12,066 bases of DNA from NCBI RefSeq assembly GCF_042660085.1, contig NZ_JBHSTI010000012.1, forward strand, positions 1-12,066, written 5' to 3'. The notes under the pieces are model-generated. The model made no database searches and had not been told where the DNA came from. It saw only the letters and a program-made list of their open reading frames with translations. A program made the translations under genes and the position numbers. The stretch comes from Longivirga aurantiaca (GTDB taxonomy: Bacteria > Actinomycetota > Actinomycetes > S36-B12 > CAIYMF01). Below are positions 1 to 11,600 of the stretch, piece after piece; the first letter of the stretch is position 1; the number at the start of each line of letters is the position of its first letter.

Positions 1-2
1 AC

Positions 3-92
3 GACGACGTCGACGACACGGGCCTGTCCGGACTCGCGCTCGTGCAGCGCGAGCTCGGCGGCACGGTCATGACCGAGTACGACAACGGCTGA
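3..92 (+). CDS. dnaX: DNA polymerase III subunit gamma/tau, C-terminal fragment (gene starts outside window)
   Basis: Open frame from the window edge ends ...[29 protein letters not shown] (TGA 90-92). The QRELGG-type tail directly upstream of recR matches the common dnaX-recR order. Confidence 0.72.
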   Translation, partial: DDVDDTGLSGLALVQRELGGTVMTEYDNG

Positions 93-108
93 GCCGGACG
101 GGATCACT

Positions 109-708
109 GTGTACGAGGGCGTTGTCCAGGACCTGATCGACGAGCTCGGCCGACTTCCCGGCGTCGGGCCGAAGAGCGCTCAGCGCATCGCGTTCCACGT
201 GCTGCAGGCCGAGCCCACCGACGTCCGCCGGCTCGCGCACGCGCTCATCGAGGTGAAGGACAAGGTCCGGTTCTGCGCGGTCTGCGGCAACGTCGCCGAG
301 GACGTCGAGTGCCGCATCTGCAAGGACCCTCGTCGCGACCCGTCGGTGCTGTGCGTCGTCGAGGAGCCCAAGGACGTCGTGGCGATCGAGCGAACGCGGG
401 AGTTCCGCGGTCGCTACCACGTGCTCGGCGGCGCGATCAGCCCGATCGAGGGGATCGGGCCCGACGACCTCCGGGTGCGCGAGCTCATGATGCGCCTGGC
501 CGACGGCAGCATCACCGAGCTCATCCTCGCCACCGACCCCAACCTCGAGGGCGAGGCGACGGCGACCTACCTCGCGCGGCTGACCAAGCCGCTCGGGCTC
601 ATCGTCACCCGCCTTGCGAGCGGCCTCCCCGTGGGCGGCGACCTCGAGTACGCCGACGAGGTGACGCTCGGCCGCGCGTTCGAGGGACGTCGACGCGTCG
701 AGTTCTGA
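109..708 (+). CDS. recR: Recombination mediator protein RecR
   Basis: GTG start at 109; 199 aa, [30 protein letters not shown]; zinc finger [16 protein letters not shown]; Toprim-like [14 protein letters not shown] and [12 protein letters not shown]. Confidence 0.97.
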   Translation: MYEGVVQDLIDELGRLPGVGPKSAQRIAFHVLQAEPTDVRRLAHALIEVKDKVRFCAVCGNVAEDVECRICKDPRRDPSVLCVVEEPKDVVAIERTREFRGRYHVLGGAISPIEGIGPDDLRVRELMMRLADGSITELILATDPNLEGEATATYLARLTKPLGLIVTRLASGLPVGGDLEYADEVTLGRAFEGRRRVEF

Positions 709-720
709 CACGCTGTCCCC

Positions 721-1308
721 ATGAGCGACCAGGTGCACGACCACGACCTCGACGAGGATGCGGCACCCGCCGACCTCGCGGACCTCTCCGACCACATGGC
801 GGGCGCCGCCGCGCAGTTCGTGCGCAGCGTCGAGGCGGTCGCCGGTGCGGGCGTGCCGGACGAAGCGGTGTCGATCCTGCTGCTCGAACTGTCCTCGCTC
901 CTCGCGGCCGGTGCCCCGCTCGGCGCGATCGAGGACGTCGTCCCCGACGAGCGGTTCGAGCCCGACGCCGGTGCCGAGCCCGACGTCGACCGCCTGCGCA
1001 ACACGCTGCACGAGCTCCTCGGCCCGGTCGACGACTACGTCGAGGTCTTCGACCCGTACGCCGGCCCCGAGGTGATGGCCGCGCGGCTGTCCGACGACCT
1101 GTCGCAGATCACCTCCGACCTGCTGCACGGCCTGGCCCACCACGCGGCCGGCCGCCCGCTCGAGGCACTGTGGTGGTGGCAGTTCTCCTACCTGTCGACG
1201 TGGGGCCCGGCGGCCTCGGCAGCACTGCGCGCGCTGCAGTCGCTCGTCGCGCACGTGCGGCTCGAGGTGCCGATCGACGCCGACGTCGACGCCGACGCCG
1301 CGCTCTGA
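721..1308 (+). CDS. DUF5063 domain-containing protein
   Basis: 195-aa acidic ORF starting 12 nt after the recR stop; sequence (FVRSVEAVAGAG...LLLELSSLLAAG...YVEVFDPY...EALWWWQFSYLSTWG) and position after recR fit the actinobacterial DUF5063 family. Confidence 0.78.
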   Translation: MSDQVHDHDLDEDAAPADLADLSDHMAGAAAQFVRSVEAVAGAGVPDEAVSILLLELSSLLAAGAPLGAIEDVVPDERFEPDAGAEPDVDRLRNTLHELLGPVDDYVEVFDPYAGPEVMAARLSDDLSQITSDLLHGLAHHAAGRPLEALWWWQFSYLSTWGPAASAALRALQSLVAHVRLEVPIDADVDADAAL

Positions 1309-1332
1309 CGACGCCGAGAGATCACGCTCCGT

Positions 1333-1349
1333 ATGCGCGGTTCGCGCAT
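1333..1349. terminator. Stem-loop downstream of the DUF5063 gene; possible terminator
   Basis: Perfect 7-bp inverted repeat ATGCGCG-GTT-CGCGCAT, 24 nt after the stop; no T-tract. Confidence 0.3.
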
Positions 1350-1415
1350 CGGACAGCCTCCCGGCGCTCAAGCGGGGCCGTGGCATAGTCGATCCTCAGG
1401 AGGGGACCGTCCTCG

Positions 1416-1436
1416 CTCGTCACCGCCGGTGACGAG
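1416..1436. repeat. Perfect inverted repeat in the leader of the M15 peptidase gene
   Basis: CTCGTCACC-GCC-GGTGACGAG: 9-bp arms, 3-nt loop, 24 nt before the GTG start. Confidence 0.75.
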
Positions 1437-1460
1437 GGCGGCCCGGGAGCGGGGAAGCCT

Positions 1461-3011
1461 GTGCGCGGACTGGCCCGGTCGGCAGCGGCCACGGCAGTGA
1501 TCGCGCTGTCGGCTGCGCTGCTCGTCGTGCCGGCAAGCGCCGTCGCCGTCCCGCCCTCAGCGGTCGACGACTCCGTCACCCTCCCCGGTCGCACCGTGGT
1601 CGTGGTGGACGTCCTCGGCAACGACACGTGGACCGGCACGCCCGACCTCGTCGTCCCCCGTCGCAACCAGACCGGCGGCCCGGAGCACGGCAGCGCCACC
1701 GTCACGACCACGACCGTCGACGGCGTCGAGCGGCCCGCGGTGTCGTACGACCCCGACAACAGCTGGTACGGCGTCGACACCTTCACCTACACGCTCACCG
1801 ACGGCTCGGGCCGGGACGCGGTCGCGACGGTCACGGCCACGACGACCCCGGTGCCCCCGACCGCCGGGCCCGACGCCGCGACCACTCCGCCCGGGGCCGA
1901 GGTGCGGATCCCGGTGCTCGGCAACGACAGCGACTCCTACGACGAGAGCCTGACCGTCACCTCCGTCGCCAACCCCGCGCGCGGCACGGCCGTCATCGAC
2001 GGCAGCGATGTGCTCTACACGCCGGACGACGGGTGGAGCGGCACGGAGACCTTCAACTACCGCATCACGTCGGCGACGGGCGCGACCGCGGTCGGACCCA
2101 TCACGGTGACCACGCTCGCCTCCACGCCCGGCCACTCCATCACGGTGTCGGCCACGCCGACCGTCATCGTCCAGCGCTACCTGGGCTTCAAGGGCGCCGT
2201 CGACCCGCTGGACGGCGGCCCCGTCACCGTCACCGTGCAGCGCAGGACCAGTGCCGGGTGGAAGACCGTCACGACCACGACGGCCAGGTCGAACGGGTCG
2301 TGGTACGTCCTCATCAAGCCGGACGTCGTGGGCACGATCTCCTGGCGCGCGCGTGCGGTCTGGGCCGACGGGTCGTCGTCCGTCGCGGAGACGCAGAGCA
2401 CCGTGACGGCCTCGGCCGACGCGGTGGTCTCGGGTCCGCTCACCCGCTCGTCCGTCCCGTACTCGTACCGCAACGGCTGCCCCGTCGGTCCGTCGCAGCT
2501 GCGCCGGATCTCGGTGAACTACTGGGCGTACGACGGCACGGTGAAGCGCGGCGACATCATCGTGCGCTACTGGGCCGTCGACACCATCCGCGCGGTGTTC
2601 AAGAAGTCGTTCGACGTGAAGTTCCGCTTCAAGACCATCCGACCGGTCGACTACTTCTACGCCGGCGGCACGCGCAGCCCGAGCGGCTCGGACATCGCGG
2701 CGATGAACGCGGGCAACACCTCGGCCTTCAACTGCCGTCCGGTCACGGGCAACCGCTACCGCATCAGCCAGCACTCGTACGGCAACGCCCTCGACATCAA
2801 CACCTTCGAGAACCCCTACGTCACCTGGTCGCGCGTGTACCCGGCGGCTGCTGAGTACCCCTACCACCGCTTCCGCAAGTACAACCTCGACGACCACGGC
2901 GTCATCTCGACGTACTCCGTCGTGGCCCAGACCTTCAAGGCGTTCGGGTGGGTGTGGGGCGGTCGCTGGTCGCCGCCGGACTACCAGCACTTCAGCAGCA
3001 ATGGCGGCTGA
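1461..3011 (+). CDS. Secreted M15-family (D-Ala-D-Ala carboxypeptidase/VanY-like) peptidase with N-terminal cadherin/Ig-like tandem domains
   Basis: 516 aa; signal peptide MRGLARSAAATAVIALSAALLVVPASA; two repeats of the type AVDDSVTLPGRTVVVVDVLGNDTW / GPDAATTPPGAEVRIPVLGNDSDSY; C-terminal metal motifs SQHSYGNALDI and GGRWSPPDYQHF typical of M15; purine-rich GGGAGCGGGGAA before GTG. Confidence 0.85.
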   Translation: MRGLARSAAATAVIALSAALLVVPASAVAVPPSAVDDSVTLPGRTVVVVDVLGNDTWTGTPDLVVPRRNQTGGPEHGSATVTTTTVDGVERPAVSYDPDNSWYGVDTFTYTLTDGSGRDAVATVTATTTPVPPTAGPDAATTPPGAEVRIPVLGNDSDSYDESLTVTSVANPARGTAVIDGSDVLYTPDDGWSGTETFNYRITSATGATAVGPITVTTLASTPGHSITVSATPTVIVQRYLGFKGAVDPLDGGPVTVTVQRRTSAGWKTVTTTTARSNGSWYVLIKPDVVGTISWRARAVWADGSSSVAETQSTVTASADAVVSGPLTRSSVPYSYRNGCPVGPSQLRRISVNYWAYDGTVKRGDIIVRYWAVDTIRAVFKKSFDVKFRFKTIRPVDYFYAGGTRSPSGSDIAAMNAGNTSAFNCRPVTGNRYRISQHSYGNALDINTFENPYVTWSRVYPAAAEYPYHRFRKYNLDDHGVISTYSVVAQTFKAFGWVWGGRWSPPDYQHFSSNGG

Positions 3012-3804
3012 CGCACGCCTCCTGCGACGCGGCGCCGTCTCGGTCCTGACCGCCGGCGTCGTGCTCGCCGTGGGCGGGTGCGGGGGCTCCCCGGAGCAGC
3101 AGGCTCCCGAGCCGACGCCCTCGGTATCGTCGGCCACGCCGTCCCCGTCGCCGTCTCCGAGCGCGAGCGACGCGAGCCCGTCGGCCTCGGCGACCTCCGG
3201 GACGCCGACCGCGTCGCCGTCCGGCTTCGACCGCACCGCGACGCCCGCGACCAGCAGCGGCCCGCTGTCGGGCAGCGCGCTCCCCGACCCGCAGGTTCTG
3301 GGGTCCGGCTGGGTGGCGCGCGTCGACCCCGGCAGCGCGGAGGACGGCTACACCGGCAACGGCACGCCCGTGATCGCCCGCGACCCGAAGGATCTCGCGC
3401 AGGCGATCCTGCCCATCGGCTGCGCGGACGCCTCGGTGTACGGCGTCGCGCCTCCCGTCGCCGAGCACGCGCTCGAGGTCGACTACGCCTACCGCGCGAC
3501 CGGCGCGCACGGCATCGCGCTCGCGCTCGACTTCGGTGACGAGGCCACGGCGCAGCGGTTCGTCTCGGTCTACACCGGCGCCCTGAAGCGCTGCACGCCC
3601 GGCGAGGGCGGATCGATGGTCGTGACCGTCGCGCCTGCGCCCCCTGGGGCGTTCGCGAGCGTGCAGACCGACGGGGCGTTCGGCACCACCTGGCGCGAGC
3701 TCGTCGTGCGGACCGGCGCGGTGGTGCGGCTCGTCGCCGTCGAGGGGAAGTCCACGCCCGCGCGCCCGTGGTCGCAGGTGCTGGCCTCGCTCCCCGCGCT
3801 CTGA
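3001..3804 (+). CDS. Putative lipoprotein with Ser/Pro/Ala-rich linker; function unknown
   Basis: 267 aa; signal and lipobox-like VLAVGGCGG, then low-complexity PTPSVSSATPSPSPSPSASDASPSAS, then a globular domain. The ATG overlaps the upstream stop by 11 nt. Start codon lacks a strong SD. Confidence 0.72.
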   Translation: MAADARLLRRGAVSVLTAGVVLAVGGCGGSPEQQAPEPTPSVSSATPSPSPSPSASDASPSASATSGTPTASPSGFDRTATPATSSGPLSGSALPDPQVLGSGWVARVDPGSAEDGYTGNGTPVIARDPKDLAQAILPIGCADASVYGVAPPVAEHALEVDYAYRATGAHGIALALDFGDEATAQRFVSVYTGALKRCTPGEGGSMVVTVAPAPPGAFASVQTDGAFGTTWRELVVRTGAVVRLVAVEGKSTPARPWSQVLASLPAL

Positions 3805-3892
3805 CCGTCCCAGCGGACCTGTGCGCGACCGTGAATCCTTCGCCCGGGACCCCCGGAGACCGCGTCTGCGAGGGCCGTTCGTCCGCCGTACC

Positions 3893-3913
3893 GGGATCCG
3901 AAACGGAGATCCC
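3893..3913. repeat. Short inverted repeat upstream of aspartate kinase
   Basis: GGGATC-CGAAACGGA-GATCCC, 6-bp arms, 9-nt spacer. Confidence 0.35.
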
Positions 3914-3952
3914 ACCATTCGGACGCGAGGGCTGTGCGATTTATCCCGCCGG

Positions 3953-3958
3953 TACGAT
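3953..3958 (+). promoter_or_regulatory. Candidate -10 element (TACGAT) for the ask-asd transcript
   Basis: TAnnnT hexamer in the 205-bp gap before aspartate kinase; no convincing -35 partner. Confidence 0.3.
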
Positions 3959-4009
3959 GAGCGCGATTCCTGACCCTGTCGGCACCAGCACGTGAGGCGG
4001 ACCCCCACC

Positions 4010-6429
<2,420 letters not shown>

Positions 6430-6480
6430 CGCTGCTCGGCACGAGGAACGCGCTTCGGAGCCTCAGCCCCCGCCTCGGCC

Positions 6481-6495
6481 GGCGGCTCAGCCGCC
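6481..6495. terminator. Compact GC hairpin between convergent asd and the minus-strand gene, overlapping the minus-strand stop codon
   Basis: GGCGGC-TCA-GCCGCC; no T-tract. Confidence 0.25.
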
Positions 6496-7071
6496 CGGCG
6501 GCGTGCGGAGCTGCTCCGCCAGCCGGATGTGCCCAGTCAGCTGGGCGATCCCCTGCTCGATCCGGTCGGTCGTCATGGGCCTGACGGCATCCGCCACGGT
6601 GCCGCTGTCGACGTCGCCGAGGGCCTTCGCCAGCCACTCGAAGTGGTCCCAGAGGTCGGGTGATCCGTACTCCTCACGGCACGCCAGCACCTCGGGTGCC
6701 ATGGCGGCCCACCACCCGCACACGTGCGCGCCCAGCGTCATCTTCATGACGCGCAGGTTCATGTGTCCGCCCTGGGCGAGCGTGCCGACGTACTCCCAGT
6801 AGTTGCACGTCTCCCACGCCACGGATTCCCGCGGGATCCGGCCGTCGCGGATCTGTTCGTACGCCGTCCTCCTCATGCGCAGCATCTGCTCGCTGCCCCA
6901 TTCGCGGACGATCTCCAGCAGCTGCTCCCTCGCCACGGTGCTCGCCTGCAGCCTCAGCTGCTTCCAGATGGCGATGAAGGTCACGGCGGTGACGAGGCCC
7001 GTGAGGGCCGTCCAGAACCACTCCGAGCCCGGGCCGAGCAGGGACGCGCCGTCGGTGTTGATCACGTTCAT
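6487..7071 (-). CDS. Hypothetical membrane-anchored protein (DUF4760-like)
   Basis: About 194 aa with one N-terminal TM (WFWTALTGLVTAVTFIAIWKQLRLQ) and a helical soluble domain. ATG at 7071 has GAGGTGG upstream; the track start is GTG 7080. Confidence 0.68.
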   Translation of the reverse strand: MNVINTDGASLLGPGSEWFWTALTGLVTAVTFIAIWKQLRLQASTVAREQLLEIVREWGSEQMLRMRRTAYEQIRDGRIPRESVAWETCNYWEYVGTLAQGGHMNLRVMKMTLGAHVCGWWAAMAPEVLACREEYGSPDLWDHFEWLAKALGDVDSGTVADAVRPMTTDRIEQGIAQLTGHIRLAEQLRTPPGG

Positions 7072-7184
7072 GGCGACCACCTCGGGACTGGTGCCAGGAC
7101 CTCCCGCGGAGGTGCTGCTGGCTGCGCCGTCGATGCTGCCGCCTCGGCTCGGCGCTGCGCCGGGAAAGCCGGGAGTTGCTCGGC

Positions 7185-7679
7185 CTACCGGCGGCGAGCC
7201 GCCTCGAGGGCCTCACCGATGGCCACCGCACCGGCGCGCGATTCGTCGACGGTCACGGCGAACCGGCGGCCGCCCTCGAGCCCGAGCACGATGCCGGGCC
7301 CGCGCCGGATCACCGCTGCCGACGCGCGCGCCCACGGGATCCAGCGGTAGCCCCAGCCGCCCCACTCCATCGGATCGATCTGCCCGGCGCTGACCTCGCG
7401 GATGTCGGCGAGCGCAAGAGTGCGTCGCGGCCAGCCGAAGGGGCCGTAGGCGACGACGACGCGGTCGTCCTCGACGCGCATGACGAGAGAGCTGAGCAGG
7501 TAACCGGCGACGCCGACGACGACCGCGACGACCACGAGGAGCCAGCCGATCCAGGCGGGTGCGCCCGTTCCGCGGGTCGCGAGGAGGAGCGCCCCGCCGA
7601 CCCCGCCGATCACGAGCACGATGCCGAGGCTGAGGAGGGCGAGCCCCCGGCTCGCGCAGCGGCCCGTCCAACGCGTCAC
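7185..7679 (-). CDS. Hypothetical two-TM membrane protein with PH-like/DUF3093-like C-terminal domain
   Basis: GLALLSLGIVLVIGGVGGALLLA and WIGWLLVVVAVVVGVAGYLL followed by MRVEDDRVVVAYGPFGWPRRTLALADI...WGGWGYRW. The track start (7832) would overlap the divergent MBL gene; GTG 7679 with GGTAGGG upstream is more likely. Confidence 0.6.
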   Translation of the reverse strand: MTRWTGRCASRGLALLSLGIVLVIGGVGGALLLATRGTGAPAWIGWLLVVVAVVVGVAGYLLSSLVMRVEDDRVVVAYGPFGWPRRTLALADIREVSAGQIDPMEWGGWGYRWIPWARASAAVIRRGPGIVLGLEGGRRFAVTVDESRAGAVAIGEALEAARRR

Positions 7680-7761
7680 GGCGTCGACCCTACCGAGCGT
7701 GCGGCGACCACTCGTCCGGGGAACATCCCGATGATCGGCCGCACACCGGTGGGCTCGTGGG

Positions 7762-7767
7762 TAGTCT
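7762..7767 (+). promoter_or_regulatory. Candidate -10 hexamer TAGTCT for a leaderless MBL-fold transcript
   Basis: TAGTCT followed by exactly 6 nt (GCGCCG) and the GTG start at 7774; no SD upstream of this GTG. Confidence 0.45.
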
Positions 7768-7773
7768 GCGCCG

Positions 7774-8595
7774 GTGCGACTGATGCTGCTGGGAGTCCGA
7801 GGGTCCACCCCCGCGCCGGGCGAGGACTTCACCCGCTACGGCGGTCACACCTCGTGCGTGGCCGTGTTCCATGACGGCAGCGACGTCCCCGCCCTCGTGC
7901 TCGATGCCGGCACGGGGCTGCGCGACCTCACCAAGGTGCTCGCGGGGGCGCCGTACCGCGGATCGATCCTGGTGAGCCACCTGCACTGGGACCACGTGCA
8001 GGGCCTGCCGTTCTTCGTCGCGGGCGACCGGCCGGACGCCGAGGTCGACTTCTACGTGCCCGCACAGAACGCGCGGACAGGCCGCGATCTGCTGGCCGCC
8101 GCGATGGCGCCGCCGAACTTCCCGATCACGCCCGAGGGCCTGCAGGGGAAGTGGACCTTCACGGCGCTCGAGGCCGGCTACCACCAGGTCGCCGGCTTCC
8201 GGGTGCGCGCGACCGAGGTGAAGCACAAGGGCGGTCGCACGTTCGGCTACCGCGTGAGCGACGACACGGGCTCGATCGCCTACCTGCCCGACCACATCAC
8301 CTCCACCGGCGTCAGTAACGAGGTGAAGGACCTGATTCACGACGTCGACGTGCTGCTGCACGACGCGCAGTTCGTGGAGAAGGAGCGGGCGCTGTCCGAC
8401 GCCTACGGGCACTCGACGGTCGATGACGCCATTGCCCTCGCCCGCGAGTGCGGTGCGCGTCGGTTGGTGGCGTTCCACCACGGACCAGCTCGCACCGACG
8501 ACGCGCTCGACGCGCTCGTGGTCAACCACGCCGACGAGCCCTGGGTGTCGTTCGCCCGTCAGGGCGACGTCGTCGTCGTCGGCCGTCCCGCCTAG
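7774..8595 (+). CDS. MBL-fold metallo-hydrolase (PhnP/cyclic-nucleotide phosphodiesterase-like group)
   Basis: 273 aa; MLLGVRGSTPAPGEDFTRYGGHTSCVAV; metal motif HLHWDH (7978-7995); LLHDAQF; YGHST; AFHHGP. Confidence 0.9.
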   Translation: MRLMLLGVRGSTPAPGEDFTRYGGHTSCVAVFHDGSDVPALVLDAGTGLRDLTKVLAGAPYRGSILVSHLHWDHVQGLPFFVAGDRPDAEVDFYVPAQNARTGRDLLAAAMAPPNFPITPEGLQGKWTFTALEAGYHQVAGFRVRATEVKHKGGRTFGYRVSDDTGSIAYLPDHITSTGVSNEVKDLIHDVDVLLHDAQFVEKERALSDAYGHSTVDDAIALARECGARRLVAFHHGPARTDDALDALVVNHADEPWVSFARQGDVVVVGRPA

Positions 8596-8618
8596 TCCGC
8601 GCCGGGGGTCGGCCGCTG

Positions 8619-11600
8619 TCAGGCGAGCAGGTCGCCGGCCTCGTCGAGGAGGGCCCGGCCCGCCTGGCGGCCGGACTCCACCATCCGGTCGAGCTGGTGG
8701 AACTCGAGCAGGCCGACGCCCATCGACGACGGCGTCACCACGATCGCACCGGCCGCCCGGGCGTGCGCGACGGCGCCGCCGCTGCCGATGAACAGCGAGC
8801 GCATGAGCGTCTCGCCGATCGCCGGCACGCGGATGCGCTTGGGTTCCGCCGGCACCGTGCCCGCCACGTGCGGCCGCGCGTCGCCGCCCATGCCGATGTT
8901 GACTGCGATGATCGGGCCCTCGTCGCGCTCGGTCAGGACGTGCACGGGCAGGTTGTCGAGCACACCGCCGTCGGCGAGCAGGCGCTGTCCGTCCGGCCGG
9001 GGCGGGAACATGCCCGGGATGCTGAGCGACGCCATCACCGCTGAGGTGAGGTCTCCCGTGCGGTGCACGTACGGCGTGCGCGATTGCAGGTCGGTGCTCA
9101 CGCAGCGGAACAGGATCGGCAGCTCCTCGATGCCGATGCCCGTGAGACGGCGGCGCAGCGCCTTCTCGGTCTTGCGGCCCTTCACGAGCGCCGCGGTGGG
9201 GAGCGTGTAGTCGTCGAACGGGTTGTTGCGCACGAACTCCTCGTGGCACATCTCGATCGCCGTGCGGGCGTCGATGCCGCGCGCATGCACCGCGGCCATG
9301 ATCGACCCCTGGCTCGCGCCGACGACGCGGTCGACGTGGATGCCGGCGTCCTCGAGCTCGAGCAGGATGCCGAGGTGCGCGAACGCGCGTGCACCGCCGC
9401 CGGCCATGACGATGCCGACCGACCGTCCGGCGATGCGCCCGGCGAGCGCGCGCGTGCCCACCGAGAACGGCGCCTTGGTCTGCGTGATCCGGTACGGCGC
9501 AAGCACTTCCTGCCAGGCGCGGATTCGCTCGCCGGGCACAGGGGCACCGACGAGCACGAGGTCGACGTCGGTGCGTCCGAGCGGTGCCTCGACCGGCACG
9601 GGGGCGTCGTGCGCGGCCACGAGCACGAGCAGGTCGGCCTGGCGCACGGCCATCGCCCACCAGGCGGCGTCCGGGTCCTCCGCCACGATCAGGACACGGT
9701 CGTTCTCCCGCTCGGCCCGCTCGAGCGCGGCCGGCTCGACCTGGCCGGGCCGGGCGACGCGCAGCGACGTGGCCGACAGGTGGCCGTCGATCGCGTCCGC
9801 CACTGCGGAGGCCGGTGCGCCGCGGTGCAGCGCCGCGACGGCGATGAGCCGCGGCTGGGGCGGCCGGCCGGCAGGTGCCGGGGCGGCGTCCTGAAGCTGC
9901 GAGGCGAGCACCCCGGTGAGGGCACGCAGCGCGCGCGGGTCGCTGCCGACGACCTCGTCGAAGGTCGACTGAGAGACGCGCAGCAGGTGGCTGTCGCGGC
10001 GCGCGCGGATGGACGCCGACCGCGTGCCGCCGGTCAGCAGCGCCAGCTCGCCGATGACAGCCCCGGCGCCGACCTGGCGGACGACGTTGCCGTCCTGCTC
10101 GACGTCGAGAAGGCCCGCGGTGACGACGTACACGTCGTCGGCGGGGTCTCCTGCGGTGAACAGCAGCGTGCCCGCGGCGAGGTCGAGCTTCTCGGCCCCG
10201 GCCTCGAGGCGGCCCCGGACGTCGTCGGGAAGCCGGGAGAGGAGCGGTGCGGCCGACAGCGCGCTCGCCGGGGCAGCCGAGGGTGCGGGGGGGTCGGGCA
10301 CCGAGATGGCGGGCGGACGCACGGAGTCGTCGTCGGCGTCGTCCTGGGTGTGAGGCGCGACCTTCCCGATGAAGAGCGCGATGAGGGCTGTGGCGACGAA
10401 GCAGATGGCGGAGAACACCCAGCCGTGGCGCAGGCTGTCGACAGTCGAGGTGGGCGACGGCGTTCCCACGATGACCACGAGGATCGCGATGCCGAGCACC
10501 GCCCCGATCTGGCGCGCGCTCGAGTTCACCGCGGACGCCGTTGCGAACCGACCGCCGGGAACCGCCGCGAGCGCTGCACTTCCGAGGACGGGCAGGGTGG
10601 CGCCGACGCCGATTCCCGAGAGGATCTGGCCCGGCAGCCACGCGCCCCAGAAGTCCGGTGTGACCTCCACCCGCGCGACGTACCAGACGTAGGCGAGCGC
10701 CCAGACGATCGCGCCGGGGATGATCACCAGCCGGTAGCCGCGGGTCTGCGCGATCGGCCCGAGTCGCGAGGCGAGGATCGCCGCGACGAGCGCACCGGGG
10801 ACGACGGCGAGGCCGGACACGACGATGCTGTAGCCCCAGACGTACTGCAGCCACAGGATGTTCGTGAGCAGGTAGGCGTAGAAGCCGACGCCCGCGACGA
10901 TCGTGGCGAGGTTGCCCACCACGAAGGGGCGGATGCGCAGCAGCGCCGGGTCGAGCAGGGGCGAGCGGTGCCGCTTCGAGCTCACGACGAAGGCCGCGCC
11001 GAGCAGGACCGAGCCGAGGAAGCAGCCGATCACCGCTGGGCTGGTCCACCCCCAGTCCTCGCCCTTGACGATGCCGAGGGTGAGGACGCCGAGCATGAGC
11101 GCCGAGATCGTGGCGCCCAGCAGGTCGGGGACGCGTCGGCGCCCCGGCGCCCGGCTCTCGACCAGGGCCCGCTTCGCAGCGATGACCGCCGCGATCCCGA
11201 ACGGCAGGTTGACGAGGAAGGCGAGGCGCCAGTTGCCGAGCTCGACGAGGGCACCGCCGATCGGCGGCCCGAGACCCGAGGCGAGGGCCGCGGACGCGCC
11301 CCAGAGGCCGATCGCGTGCGCCCGCTTCTCCGCGGGGAAGGCCTCGACCACGAGGGCCAGGGACGCAGGGACGAGCACCGCGGCGCCGAGGGCCTGCAGG
11401 ACGCGGAACGCGACGAGCACCTCGACGCTCGGTGCCACCGCGCACAGCACCGAGGCGAAGGTGAAGATCGTGACGCCGTTGATGAACGCGCGCTTGCGGC
11501 CGAGCAGGTCGGCCAGCCGACCCGACACGACGAGGAACGCCGCGAACACGATGCTGTAGGCGTTGAGGATCCACGACAGCGTCGAGATCGTGGAGTCGGG

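Noticed and set aside
67-1386. 439-aa minus-strand ORF antisense to recR and the DUF5063 gene
   Set aside because: Antisense to two well-supported genes, with no recognisable domain.
3088-3225. Serine/proline-rich tract in the lipoprotein considered as a tandem repeat or CRISPR-like array
   Set aside because: Degenerate TCG/CCG codon runs encoding a cell-surface linker; no regular repeat-spacer structure.
1557-3236. 559-aa minus-strand ORF
   Set aside because: Antisense shadow of the M15 peptidase; repetitive G/D/V/R composition.
3992-4009. Upstream GTG start for aspartate kinase (adds MRRTPT)
   Set aside because: The added residues are atypical, and this stretch contains the GAGGCGG SD for GTG 4010.
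3804-4009. Lysine riboswitch or similar RNA element upstream of aspartate kinase
   Set aside because: No recognisable L-box or other riboswitch core could be seen; only short inverted repeats and a possible -10 element.
7680-7832. Upstream extension of the minus-strand PH-like membrane protein
   Set aside because: It would run through the intergenic region into the start of the divergent MBL gene; composition is not protein-like and a better GTG start exists at 7679.
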